Source: Kiritimatiellia bacterium (GTDB lineage: Bacteria > Verrucomicrobiota > Kiritimatiellia > RFP12 > UBA1067). From it: a stretch of 64,000 nucleotides of DNA. A model generated the notes under the pieces. It did not search any database. It had not been told where the DNA came from and worked only from the letters and a program-made list of their open reading frames with translations. The stretch lies in NCBI GenBank assembly GCA_050949565.1, contig JBMNFY010000017.1, forward strand, positions 1-64,000. The letters are read 5' to 3'. Below are positions 29,576 through 41,500 of this stretch, piece by piece (position 1 is the stretch's first letter; the number at the start of each line of letters is the position of its first letter). Both the position numbers and the translations under genes were made by a program.

Positions 29576-31088
29576 GCACGTAGAGCGTACCGTTGGCAGC
29601 GGTGGGCGAGCCGCTGATCGGTCCGTCCAGCATGACGGTGAAGAGCACCTTTTTCGCGCGCGCGGCAGCGAGGATCGTGAACTCGCCGCGACGGGTGCCG
29701 ATGTAAACCTTGCCGTCCGCGACCAACGGCGAGGCCCACATTTCTCCCTGAATCTCATGCGTCCAGCAGGCGCGTCCGGTCTTCGCATCGACACAGTGAA
29801 TCGTGCGCCCCATGTCGGCGGCGAACGCCAAGCCGTTCCAAACCGCAGGCGTCGAGAGCGTATGGCGCAACAGCGGATAGGACCAGATGCGGGCGGTGGC
29901 GGTGATATCGCCGTTGCCTGCGGCGGGATCGAGGCAGAGCAGCCACGCCTCGCGCTTGCCCCACCAGATGTCGCCGCCGCCGGCCACGTAGAGACGACCG
30001 TCAGCCAGAACCGGCATTGCGTGGATCGTGCTGGGACTCTCCTTGCGGTTGGCGACATACCGGTGGACTTGCTTCTTGGGAGCAGATGGATCGCAGTCAA
30101 ACCACCACACTTTTTTCAGCTTCTGCACGTGGTCGGTCACTTCGGTTACCGGCTCGAAGGCGTAGACCACGCCGTTCGGCGCGGCGTAGATAATCAGCGT
30201 ACGGCCATTGACCGTGGTCAGGGCGGGCGAGGCCCACGTACAATGAAAGATATCCGGCCCGATGTGCTCGTCATCACGCGCCACGAGTTTACCTGTCTCT
30301 TTATCGAGCACGATCAGGCAGGGTGCATCGGGCGAGGCGATGTGGCGGTGCGTGTCATCCACGCCGTTCGAGGTATTGGCGTACAGAAACCGTCCGTGCA
30401 GCAACGGCGAACAGTGAGCCGCGTCGTGTTGGCGCACGTTGAGTTCCGCGATCATGTCATAGCACCACAGGATATCGGCATCATTCGCGGCAGGCGGAAT
30501 CGGCGGCTTGCCGGCAGGCACACTGTAGCTGGCTTCGTCCATGAACGGCCCGTCGTTACCGTTTGCCATGCCGGCGGCATCGAGACACAACACCTCGCCA
30601 CGGCTGCTGACCACATAGACGCGGTCGCCCTCGACCGTAGGCGGCGAGCAGACGCCGCTGCCGGTCCAATCCCAATAGATGCTGGTGGTGATTTTCGGCA
30701 CAACCAACTGCCAGAGGAACTTGCCGGTGCGCTCGTCAAAACACATCAACACGCCGCGATCACCGGTGTGACGCGGATCGCGCGGCCGTCCGTTGTTGGT
30801 ACCGATGTAGACGCGTCCGCCAGCCACAATCGCCGTGGCATGGGTCTCGGTACCGATCTCAGCGATCCAGCGCACGTTGCGGCCGCTTTCAAGATCGAAT
30901 GAATCCGGCAAACCGCGCTCGGCAGAGACCATGTTACGCGAATAGCGCTCGCCCCACTGCGGCTGATCGGCTGCATGCACACACACGATGCTCAACCCGG
31001 ACACCAGCGCCACGAGACGGCTTGCATGACGGAGCATACGGCCAGACGTGCCGCGCTCTCGAATCAAAGAGTGTTCAACATCCTTCAC
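29529..31088 (-). CDS. PQQ-binding-like beta-propeller protein (BamB-like repeats)
   Basis: DQPQWG and repeated SP.V.G.VY / D..TG...W motifs; start uncertain. Confidence 0.85.
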   Translation of the reverse strand: MKDVEHSLIRERGTSGRMLRHASRLVALVSGLSIVCVHAADQPQWGERYSRNMVSAERGLPDSFDLESGRNVRWIAEIGTETHATAIVAGGRVYIGTNNGRPRDPRHTGDRGVLMCFDERTGKFLWQLVVPKITTSIYWDWTGSGVCSPPTVEGDRVYVVSSRGEVLCLDAAGMANGNDGPFMDEASYSVPAGKPPIPPAANDADILWCYDMIAELNVRQHDAAHCSPLLHGRFLYANTSNGVDDTHRHIASPDAPCLIVLDKETGKLVARDDEHIGPDIFHCTWASPALTTVNGRTLIIYAAPNGVVYAFEPVTEVTDHVQKLKKVWWFDCDPSAPKKQVHRYVANRKESPSTIHAMPVLADGRLYVAGGGDIWWGKREAWLLCLDPAAGNGDITATARIWSYPLLRHTLSTPAVWNGLAFAADMGRTIHCVDAKTGRACWTHEIQGEMWASPLVADGKVYIGTRRGEFTILAAARAKKVLFTVMLDGPISGSPTAANGTLYVPTQRRLYALSRTREP

Positions 31089-31159
31089 GACGGCATGATA
31101 GCATAAGTTGGGTTTTTGATTTCAGGTTTCATGACGTTTCATGTTTCATGGTTGGAAGT

Positions 31160-33250
31160 TCAGCGTTCGGCGTTCGGCGTTCTCGTTCCTGCCTGCGTGT
31201 AATCCCACGCCTTGAAACCAAGCGCAAACGCGGGAGATTCGGGCTTGAGGCGGAAGTCGCACGCTTCGGCGTTCTCGAAGAGCGGATCAGCGTATATGCC
31301 GCCGACCTCCTTGCCGCACGCCTGCCACGCATCCCACGCAAGACCGTCGAGTTCCGGCTTGCCGGTGTAGTCGTACCAGAGATTAGCGGCCCAGATGCCG
31401 CCCACGCCGCGCGGTCCGCGTCCGACGAGCGGCCCTTCGCGCACGACAACAATGTTGTTCACGAAATGCAAGGTGCAAGGGATGTCCTGCACCACCTGAC
31501 GCGCCATGCGCACGGCACCGAGTTTTCTGTTCCAGGCGAAGATATTGTTGCGGATGATACAGCCCGCGCCGTAGTGCTGGTGGAAACCGCCGTCCGTCGT
31601 GTTCCAGCACAGGTTGCGCTCCATCACGATGCCCTCGGAACCTTCGTCGGTGTACAGCGCCCATCCGCCGTAAGAGTAGGACCACACGTCATGGACCACA
31701 TTATCGTGTACCGTCGTGCCAAAGCTCGTGCCGAGCGTGTAGACGCCGCCCATATCGCTCATGATGCCTTTGCCGAGATCATAGATCTTGTTGAAAGCAA
31801 TCTCATTGCGCTGCGCGACACTGCCGTAAAAGCCCCATGTCCAACCCACGGAAACACCCGTGTAGTAAAAGTCATAAATCTCACAGTGCGTCACTTTCGT
31901 GTCCGACGCATGCGTCAGCGCCACGCCCGTGCCTTCATGGTCGAAGCGGCCGCCCCGGCGGATCACGCAATTGTCGATCACGTTGAATGCGGTCGAACGC
32001 GGCGCAAGCGTTGTGATGATCCGGCGCTTGAGCGTCTCGCCTTTTGCGACATAACCACCGGAGGCGCCCATCCAGATGCCGCCCGCGCCCAGATCCTCGA
32101 TCGTGCAGTTTGTAATCCGGTTGGAGACGCAGCCATCGTTGAAGCGCAGCGCGTAGTTGCCCGTATGCGCGATCGTGCATGTGTCGAATGTGACGCGGTG
32201 CGCGCCCTCGGCAGTCACGAGGCCGTCCGATCCGCTGGACGCCTGATGCTGCCAGCTTTCCGTAGGGCCATTTGCGGGAAGCCCCGGTGTTTGCGGAACA
32301 TCGCTGTACGCGAATGTCAGATTGCGGAAAGCGATGTCATGCACGAACGCACCCTTGTCCGGGTCACCCTTGAACGCGACCAGTTGGCTCAGCTTGGCGC
32401 TTGGCGCGATCACAACCGCCGTCGCGATGGTCTCACCCTCCAGCGGCCGATAGCGCACGCGGCCCGCCTTGGCGTCATAAAACCACTCGCCCGGCGCATC
32501 GAACGCGCTCCGCACGTTCTCGAAGGCGACAAGCGTCTCGCGCTCGTTCCATTTCACCCAGCCGTGCCAATCTCGCGGCGACCAGGTCTCGACCGTCATC
32601 GTGGCGGGGTCGAAGCGGCGCAGGATGCGGCGCGCCGTGCTCCACTTATGCACCACGTACATCTGCGCGTACGGCAACTCGTCAGCCGGAATCTTGCCGA
32701 GTGCGGCGGCGGACTCGTTCGTCAGCGTAGCACGCTCGACATACGAGACCTTACCCTCCGCGTTCGTCACCACGGTGATACTCGGTTTCACGATATTGAA
32801 ATAACTCGCCGTCCCCTGACCGCCATTTGGCAGGCGCGCACGGTCGGCGCGACGCCCGTTGACCCACAGCTGTTCGAAATAGGCGGGTTTGCCGTCAGGC
32901 GCTACTGGGATTGGCGCGGACCATGTGCCGTCCGCCTCGGCGGTCCATCCTTTGATCACGCTGCCGCCGGAGATCGTCGCGCCTTCACCCTCGCCCACCC
33001 AAGTGACCGGTGCCTGCGGTGTGCCGGAATCGGCGGGCATGAACGTAAGCGTCTCTGCAAGTGCGTAGATGCCGGGCTTCACGATCACCGTCCAAGCCTC
33101 TTTGTTGCCCTTCGCCTTCGACGCACGAATCATCTCCAGCGCGGCCTGCGGCGTCAGGCCGTCTGGAGCGACCACCACCTCACCCGCCTGAACGAGTGCC
33201 GCTGAAATAAAACCCAAGAAAACACCCGCAAAACAAACTCTGCTCCCCAT
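31160..33250 (-). CDS. Secreted right-handed parallel beta-helix protein (glycoside hydrolase/lyase-like)
   Basis: Signal peptide; LWVNGRRADRARLPN, DAPGEW, YTGVSVGW, DMGGVYTLG, YTDEGS; GGGAGG RBS before MGSRV. Confidence 0.88.
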   Translation of the reverse strand: MGSRVCFAGVFLGFISAALVQAGEVVVAPDGLTPQAALEMIRASKAKGNKEAWTVIVKPGIYALAETLTFMPADSGTPQAPVTWVGEGEGATISGGSVIKGWTAEADGTWSAPIPVAPDGKPAYFEQLWVNGRRADRARLPNGGQGTASYFNIVKPSITVVTNAEGKVSYVERATLTNESAAALGKIPADELPYAQMYVVHKWSTARRILRRFDPATMTVETWSPRDWHGWVKWNERETLVAFENVRSAFDAPGEWFYDAKAGRVRYRPLEGETIATAVVIAPSAKLSQLVAFKGDPDKGAFVHDIAFRNLTFAYSDVPQTPGLPANGPTESWQHQASSGSDGLVTAEGAHRVTFDTCTIAHTGNYALRFNDGCVSNRITNCTIEDLGAGGIWMGASGGYVAKGETLKRRIITTLAPRSTAFNVIDNCVIRRGGRFDHEGTGVALTHASDTKVTHCEIYDFYYTGVSVGWTWGFYGSVAQRNEIAFNKIYDLGKGIMSDMGGVYTLGTSFGTTVHDNVVHDVWSYSYGGWALYTDEGSEGIVMERNLCWNTTDGGFHQHYGAGCIIRNNIFAWNRKLGAVRMARQVVQDIPCTLHFVNNIVVVREGPLVGRGPRGVGGIWAANLWYDYTGKPELDGLAWDAWQACGKEVGGIYADPLFENAEACDFRLKPESPAFALGFKAWDYTQAGTRTPNAER

Positions 33251-33283
33251 TTCAAGCCTCCCATGAACGTTGCAACTGACCGC

Positions 33284-33312
33284 ATGATAGCAAAATGCGG
33301 CGGTGGGGTAAA
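33284..33312 (-). promoter_or_regulatory. Putative promoter of the beta-helix gene
   Basis: TTTACC-N17-TATCAT with an extended -10 TG. Confidence 0.5.
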
Positions 33313-33408
33313 CGCACTTCTGAACAATAAAGAGGCAGGTGTTTGGAACGGCAGGTGTTTGGAATAGGCACATGCGGAACTATCGTAATTAATCGTGCGC
33401 TGATTTTG

Positions 33409-33692
33409 TTTCGTGAATGGTTGCCGAGCTGCCCGTGCCCACACCTTTCAAGGTGTGGGCACGGGCATGGCTCGGACATGGGCCGCGACGGCGGTGCGTT
33501 TTTTGGCGCATTGATCGAGACGAGCCTTTAAAACCGGTGGTGTCGGCGGGGTTGCCCGGTACGCGCGGGGTGCGTTCTGGCATACCTGGATGAAAAGGTT
33601 GATATGCCCACACCTTTCAAGGTGTGGGCACGGGCGTGGTTCGGACATGGGCCGCGACGGCGGTGCGTTTTTTGGCGCATTGATCGAGACGG
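33409..33692. repeat. 169-bp-period palindrome array downstream of the wHTH gene
   Basis: 28-bp palindromes at 33435-33462 and 33604-33631, with CCTTTAAAACC between them. Confidence 0.92.
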
Positions 33693-33828
33693 GGTTTTCG
33701 TACTAAACGCCTGTCCCTTGGCAGTACCGATCGACGAGCGAGCCCTCAATCTGATTACCCCTTGATCAGGCGCCAAGACGAGGGACGTTTTTTCATGACG
33801 TGCCACTCTTGTTTACGGTGTCACGCGA

Positions 33829-34395
33829 TTACAAGTCCGCGTGCCGCGCGATCAGTTGCAAGAACGTCTCCGAGAAAAAACTGCGGTCGGGGTGGAGCGA
33901 CCACACCGCGTCTTTGTCGACGATCATTTTCCGCTCGGAAAGCTTGTTCAGATGCCGCGCCAATGCTTGCCGAGAAATGTGTGTCTCCTGCGCGAGAACG
34001 GGGGTAGCGAGGTTGCCCTTTGTAAGAAGACAATATAGCACGGTCAACCGTCGCGGATGCGTGTAGGCGGTCAGGTTGTGGATGATTCGGTCAGTTGTCC
34101 ATTTCTCCGTGAGGATCGCCCGACTGACAACCGCCAAGATGTGCGCTGCCGCGGGCACGAGCGGATCCGGCGAGGAAAAATAATGAACCCAGCGGCTCTG
34201 CCGTCTCGCGCTAATGAGTCCCCGCGCCTGGAGCGCCCGCAAGCACAGGCTGGCATGATCGTCGGGAACGGCGGCCTGCTTGGCGATCTCGCTGACTGAC
34301 TGGCCCGGCTGGCGCAACACGACCTCAAGGCAGCGGAGTCTGCGCTCATTGGCCAAGACCCGGCATGTGCGCCAAATGGTTGGATGGTAGCTCAT
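33829..34395 (-). CDS. Tandem winged helix-turn-helix (two ArsR-like domains) DNA-binding protein
   Basis: Domain 1 LANERRLRCL...SVSEIA...ASLCLRALQARGLI...RWVHY; domain 2 THPRRLTVL...LAQETHISRQALARHLNKL; GGGGAA RBS. Confidence 0.85.
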   Translation of the reverse strand: MSYHPTIWRTCRVLANERRLRCLEVVLRQPGQSVSEIAKQAAVPDDHASLCLRALQARGLISARRQSRWVHYFSSPDPLVPAAAHILAVVSRAILTEKWTTDRIIHNLTAYTHPRRLTVLYCLLTKGNLATPVLAQETHISRQALARHLNKLSERKMIVDKDAVWSLHPDRSFFSETFLQLIARHADL

Positions 34396-34606
34396 CAGTG
34401 TTCCCCCGTTTCTGGATCAGCCCGCGCACACCGTGGTGGTGCTCACGCCTGTGCTTCGCTGACGCCCACACCTTTCGATGCGCGGAAGTTAACACGGCGC
34501 ACGGTGACAAGTCAACAGATTATCGAAGTTAGACAAAACAGCTTTTTGAGCAAAACAGCTTTTTGAGCGGTGTGTTTCACTGGTGTTTGGTACACAAAAG
34601 AAACGC

Positions 34607-35170
34607 TTTCATAAAGGGTTGCCGAGCTGCCTGCGCCCACACCTTTCAAGGTGTGGGCACGGGCATGGTTCGGGCATGGGTCGCGACGGCGGTGCGTTTG
34701 TTGGCGCGGTGATCGAGACGGGCCTTTAAAACCGGCGGTATCGGCGTGGTTGCCCGATGCGCGCGAGGTGCGTTTTAGCATGCTCGGCTGAAGAGGCTGA
34801 CATGCCCACACCTTCCAAGGTGTGGGCACGGGCATGGTTCGGGCATAGATCGCGACGGCAGTGCGTTTGTTGGCGCGGTGATCGAGACGGGCCTTTAAAA
34901 CCGGCGGTATCGGCGTGGTTGACCGATGCGCGCGGGGTGCGTTTTAGCATGCTCGGCTGAAGAGGCTGACATGCCCACACCTTTCCAGGTGTGGGCACCG
35001 GCATGGTTCGGGCATAGGTCGCGACGGCGGTGCGTTTGTTGACGCGTTGATCGAGACGAGCCTTTAAAACCGGCGGTATCGGCGTGGTTGTCCGATGCGC
35101 GCGGGGTGCGTTTTAGCATGCTCGGCTGAAGGGGCTGATATGCCCACACCTTCCAAGGTGTGGGCACGGG
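34607..35170. repeat. 169-bp-period palindrome array upstream of the wHTH gene (4 palindromes)
   Basis: Palindromes start at 34633, 34802, 34971 and 35140. The intervening sequence is conserved between units. Confidence 0.95.
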
Positions 35171-35449
35171 CGAGGACGTTCGCCCAGACGGCGTATCGCG
35201 CCGCCGCTTCTGAACGCCGGACATCGAACGCCGAACGCTGAAGTGAAACAAACAGTCCAGTTTTGTTTTCACCGCGACGAAGTGAAACAAATCCTTGCCT
35301 AAATCGAATTAGGTCGCGAGCTCCGTCCGTGTTAAGAAAAGAAAGAAAATCGGCAGACGCACATTCGAGCTGTTAGCCCGCCGCCCGCGTTTCGCACGGG
35401 AATGTAAATGAGGATAACTTTGATGTAAGTTATAGGCGCACACCCGAGC

Positions 35450-35478
35450 TTGAAAGAGTGAAGGTTAACCCCTATACT
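35450..35478 (+). promoter_or_regulatory. sigma70 promoter of giant protein 2
   Basis: TTGAAA-N17-TATACT; AAGGAGG RBS before ATG 35521. Confidence 0.7.
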
Positions 35479-35520
35479 CTGGTGTGATTGATCGTCACAG
35501 CGTACTAAAGGAGGCTCCAC

Positions 35521-38500
35521 ATGACTTCTCCACGGATTGAACGCACGCTTCACACACTTGCTTACTGTGTGGCTTTGGCAACAGCCGCGTCTGTCTCAGG
35601 CGCGGAAAGAACATGGACCGGTGCCGGGGCGGACGCCCGTTGGACCACGGCGGCGAACTGGGCGGAAGGCGAAGTCGCAGCCTCTGACACGCTGCGGTTT
35701 GGCGGCACCGTGCAGCCCGTCACGACCAATGATTTCGCTACCGACACAGCGTTCTCAGGTCTCACCTTTCTGCCTGACGCGGTTGGCTTTACGCTCGCGG
35801 GCAACCGCATCACGCTTAACGGTGACCTCGTCAACCAATCGTCCGTCTCACAGACCGTCTCACTGCCCTTGCTGATCACGGCGACGGCGGACCGCACACT
35901 TAACGCTGCAAATGGTCCGATGACGTTGACTGACTCGCTGAATTATGACACCGGCACCACGTCCCGCTCCTACAAGAAGACCGGTTCCTATGAACTGCTC
36001 TTCACCGGGTCAACCCAGGTGACCAACCTCTACAGTCGTTTCGCGCTCAATGAAGGCACGCTGCGTTTCGCGCCGGGATCGATGTTTCATCTGGTCAACT
36101 TCAGCAATGATCGCAATGTCTTCCGCATCGGCGATGTCGCCAACAAACAATCCGCCATCATCGTTGAGCCGGGCGCAGATGTGGCACTCGGCGGGCTCTC
36201 CCTACAGATGACCTCAGTACCGGGAGGTACCGGAAGTTTCGACCTGCTCGTCAACGGCGGTCGCTTTGAACTCACCGGCACGGACAACACCTTCGGCGAT
36301 ATGACCGGCAACCGTACCGCAATTGTGATCAACAACGGCGGCATCTTCACAAACGGCACGGAAAACGCCTGGGTACATGCCGGCACACGCTGCCCCTTCA
36401 CCCTTGAACTCGACGGCGGGACCGTCTGGTTGCAGCGGCTCTCACTGGGACGTGAATCCGATGCGGGCGACCGTCAGTTAGGGCGCGCCGACATCGACAT
36501 CCGCCGCGGCCTCTTTGTCGTCAACAATGCCTTCCACTGGATGAGCACAAGTTGGACGCTCCGCACCAACATCGTCACACTCGGTAACGGCACGCTGGGC
36601 AGCGCAACGCTCAGTTCGGTCAGCATGTCGCGCGCAACCACATCCGGTACTGCGATTCTCAATCTGAACGGCGGCGTTTTGGAGTGCCGCAACGGCTCTG
36701 GCAACTTCCTGAGTGGCTTGAACCAGGTCAACATGATGGCGGGCGGCGTGATCATTGACACATCGAACAACGCTGTGAATATCACGGAACCGATCATGCG
36801 TGATCCTTCGCTCAGCCTAGACGTGAGGGATGGCGGCCTGACCAAACGCGGCGCCGGTTCTCTGACCTTTTCCGGGCCGACCAATGAGTTCAATGGTCCT
36901 CTGCGCGTCGAGGATGGTTCGCTGCGCATTTCGCCCGGCATGCTTTCGGACCTCGAAGAGATCTATCTCGCCCCCGGCAGAACCTTGAGCTTCCGTGGTA
37001 GCCACCGCCAGAATCTGGCGCCGCAGCGCCTCTGTCTAGGCGACGCCGTGACGACCAGCCGACTAGATCTAGACGTCTCGGTCGACGATCTGACCTGTGA
37101 CACGATCCACATCCCGAGTCGGCGGCTACATCGGCAAGATCAACCTGCACCTGAAGCAGCGCGGCCCCACCGACCTTGACTTCAACCTGCCCGGCGATTA
37201 TGTGCTCTTCACCTACGCGAGCGAGCCGCCGGACATCACCCTTTTGACCCACGCCAACCGCGCGTTCGGCACGACCTCCTCTTTCATCGTGGACCGTGCC
37301 GCAAAAACGGTAACGCTACGCCGCCTGATGGTGAATACCACGGAAACTACGTGGAGTAACCCCGCCGGTGGCGCTTGGGAGACCGCAGACAACTGGACCA
37401 CACCACCGATCAACGCGCCCGAAACGCGCGCCCGGTTCTGGGACGCCATCACCGCCCCCGCCACTGTTACGCTCAACACCGATACGCGTATCGGCGGCTT
37501 CTCTTTCAACAACAGCCAACCCTACACACTTTCCGGCAACGGTACGCTGACTATCGGCGACCAGTTCGGCACTGGCTATCTAGTCAGCGATGTCGGCAGC
37601 CATGCTGTCGCGCTGGACATTGAGTTGGCCGCCCCTATCAACATGGGCGCACCGGCCTCGCATACGCTGACGCTTTCCGGTGTCCTTTCCGGCTCAGGCG
37701 GCATCATTAAAGGCAATGCCGGCACTTTGCATCTTACCGCAGCAAACACCTTCTCCGGCGGCGTGCGCATTGACGGCGGTACCCTGACGATCCCCTCGCT
37801 GGATGTTTTGGGATCCGGCCCGCTGACCCTCGCGGGCGGCACCGCCCTTATGACTGGCGGCGGCAGCGCGACATACGCCAACCCGCTCTACGTGCAGGCC
37901 AACGGCGTCCTTGATCTGGGCAGCACAGACCTGACATTGACCGGCCCCATAGATTGGACCGGTGCAGGCATCCTCACCAAACAGGGCGAAGGCGAACTGA
38001 TCTTGGCCGGCAGCGCGAATGAAAACAACGGCGCCTACCGCTTCAATTTCCGTCAGGGTGTTACGCGCCTCGCCGCCGGTACAGCGTACACCCTGCGCGG
38101 CAACGACCGCGATGTCCTGCAGACCACCTACAGCGCTGTCGGCCAGACATCCAAACTGGTCATCGAACCCGGCGCAGTGCTCACCGCCGGCGGCATGCGC
38201 CTCATGGCCGGATCGTACGCCGGCACATCGACCGTGCATGTGGCGGGCGGGCGGCTCGACCTGCTTGATGCCGAAAGCACGATCGTCAATGCCACCGGCG
38301 GCCGCGCCGATCTCCTGATCGACAACGGCGGTTCGCTCTATGCAGCCAAAGGCTGGTTCAATCTCGGCGTCAACGGGCTTGGCACCCTGACGGTCACCAA
38401 CGGCAGCGTTTCGCTCAGCCTCCTGTCGATAGCCGGATATGGCGATACCATCAGCACCGGCAGCCGCAAAGGCAGCGCCGCAGTGACTGTCGGACCGGGC

Positions 38501-41500
38501 GGCGTTTTTGAGGTCCGTGACTACTTCAACTGGATCAATGACGACCAGAACAATCTTGCAAGTCTGCGACTCGATGGCGGCCGGTTGATCCTCCCCGTCA
38601 CCGCGCGCGCCGTTGGCAGCATCGGCACCGCAAGCGTCGTCCTCAACGGTGGTGTTTTCGACTGTGCCGGCTTGCCGACCTTAACCACCGTCAACGCCCA
38701 GATCGCACCCTCGCTGGATGACTATCTCTTCGGCGTCGATGAGCTATTCCTCGGCGCAGACGGCATCACGATTGATACCCGTCTCCACAATGTCACCATC
38801 ACTCAGCCGCTCGTCATGGAGAGCGGCAGCACTGTAGCCGCTGGTTTCACCAAGACCGGTGCCGGCAGCTTGACACTCGCAGGTGACCACGCGTTCAACG
38901 CACCGGTCACCGTTCAGGCCGGTACGCTTGCGCTCACTTCGCTGCCCAACAACGCGGTGCAGGTCGCCAGCGGTGCCACGCTTAACCCCAGTTTCAACAG
39001 CGTGCGGACCGATGCCGTCACAACCGCAACGTTTGGGGACAATACCGTTCTGGCCGTCGATCTCGCTGAAGCCAACAGCAGCGACCGCCTCGCGGTTGCC
39101 GGTACCCTCGCACTGGGCTCGCGCCTTACAATCTGGGTGAACGGCGACACGCTACCGGGCACCTTTACGCTCTTCACCTACGGCACACTCACCGGCAGTG
39201 CCAATGCTCTGCGTATCGGCAATCCGGATGGCGACTTCACCTATCAGTTCACCGACACCGGCAGCGCCATCACGTTGACCGTCGCGGCCAATCCCAATAG
39301 TGTGGCATGGGCGAACGATGCTGACGGCGTCTGGAGCGCAAACGCAAACTGGACACCGCAAACCGTGCCCAATGGCGTGGGACACTCGGCCCGCTTTGAC
39401 CTCAGCTTCGCGCAACCGCGCACGGTCACGCTTGACCTGCCGGTTACGCTGAGCGCCCTGCTGTTTGATGCGCCGATCGCCCCGCAGGTGACCGGCACGG
39501 CGTCGCTCAGCCTCAATCATAGCGCCATGCCTTCGTCAATCGAAGTGGCGTCGGGCCACCCGACGCTTGCCGTGCCGGTCGCCGTACCGGCCGAAACGAC
39601 GGCGTGGATCGCGCCCGACACCTCGCTGACTTTGGCCAAAAACCTGAGCGGCACAGGTGCGCTCAGTGTCCAAGGCGGCGGTGCGCTGATGCTGATGGCG
39701 ACGAACACGATAGCCAGTACCCGCGTCGCAGATGCTACGCTGCAACTCGGTCCCGACGCTTCGTTGGAAGCTCCGCTGACGCTCGACAACGCCACGCTCA
39801 CCACCTCAGCCGATCACACCAGCGCTGCCGCCATCACGAGCGGCACGTATGGCGCGACCGTTACACCGCTTGACAGCACCACGCTGACCCTGTCCGGCCC
39901 CGTCAGCGGTACAGGCGGATTGGTCAAGACCGGTTCCAGCACGCTGGCCCTGACCGGGCCGCTCACCTATCAGGGCACAACCGTCTCCAGCGGCGGCACG
40001 CTCGCCCTCGCCACGCCGCCGCCCGCCGATTTGCGCCTCGGCGCGGGTACCTTTGTCCATGCCGGCGCGGCGGCGTCACTGCCCGGCTATCTGCTCAATA
40101 CAGAATCAAACGGCACGGCGGCTGTCTTTGCCAATACGGCCGACGTGACCGTGACCGGCCGAGTCCAAGCCGTTGCCGGTGGGTTCGTCAAACAGGGCAC
40201 AGGTACGCTGGCCTTCACCTATCCCGGCGAACAGACGTTATGCGTCGCAACGCAAACCGCCCTGCAAGATACGCTACTCAATATCGGCCCGAACGGTGAC
40301 GGTCCAACAGCCGGATTCAATCCGTTCACCGTTTCGGAAGGTACCGTCGTGTTGGGGGCTGAAGGTCAGGTCAACACCTTTAGCGGCAGCATCAGCGTCG
40401 GTCACTTTTCGACGGCTGATGCGGGTGCCGAAACCGCCGCGCACTTGAGAATCGAAGGCGGCACCACGACCGTCGCCGGTCATATTGCCGTGGGCCGGGG
40501 CAACGGCAACACGGTCACGGCCCCTACCCCGCTCGTTTCCACCTTGACCATCGATGGCGGTACGGTCGCCGCCGTCGGCTTTGCCATCGGACACAACGGC
40601 GGCAACACGGTCGGGTTTAACGCACGTCCCGCTGTCATCGTCAATGGCGGCGACATCTCACTCACCCGCATCAACATCGCGGAGCATCTCGGCAGCGACT
40701 GCACACTGACGCTGAATGACGGCACGATCACGCTGGCAGAAAACATTCAGGTTGGTCACCAGACGTCATTTGGCGGTGGCGGCACAGCGCTCATCACCGT
40801 AAACGGCGGCGAACTCGTGGCGTCCAACGAGATCAACCTCGGCATAACTCCGTCGGCTACCGGCACGCTGCATGTGGCCGGCGGACTGGTCTCCGCGCGC
40901 AACATCGTCGTTGGCGAAGGATGCGGCCGCATCCTGCTCGATGGCGGCACGCTGCACCTTTGGATGGGACCGATGAACGCTCCGCAAGATGTACAGATCA
41001 TGGCAGGCGGCGCGCGCATTGAGGTTCGTTCGGGCCGCTTCACCATCGCTCGTCCCCTGTTGGCCGGCGAGGCCAACGACGGCGGCCTCGTCAAGATCGG
41101 AGCCGGCATGCTGGCGCTCGACAGTTCTGAGGACCACACCTTCACAGGTCCGGTCACGGTAGAGGAAGGCATCCTCGCCTTCCGCAATGAGGCAGGGGCG
41201 CCTCTGCCAGCGGGCACGACACTGACCGTGTCCCCTGGTGCAAGCCTCTATCTGACGTCCGAAGACATCAGGAACGACCGCGTCATGACAGTCGCCAACG
41301 CCACGCTCGGTGCGGCCGAGCCGGCAGTTGACGCCACCCTTGCGGTTTGGTGCGGCGCAAACAACACCTGCGATCAACTCGCCGTCACCGGCAACCTCAC
41401 ACTCGGCCAGGTCGCCGTCTTGCTCTATCAGCGCGGCTCGCTGGATCCCGCGCTTTACGCCGGCACCTACCCGATTCTCTCTTATGCGGGCACGGACCCG

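Noticed and set aside
20185-33205. Long antisense ORFs (for example 20185..22380, 23084..25030, 26362..28008, 30899..33205; likewise 55027..57186 and 58296..60104)
   Set aside because: These are shadow frames opposite well-supported GC-rich genes.
33333-33370. 16-bp tandem duplication GGCAGGTGTTTGGAA as iterons
   Set aside because: Only two copies and no replication gene; probably a local duplication or an operator pair.
34607-35170. CRISPR array or integron attC cassettes
   Set aside because: The roughly 141-bp intervening sequences are near-identical rather than unique, there are no GTTRRRY/RYYYAAC boxes, and no cas or integrase gene is in the window.
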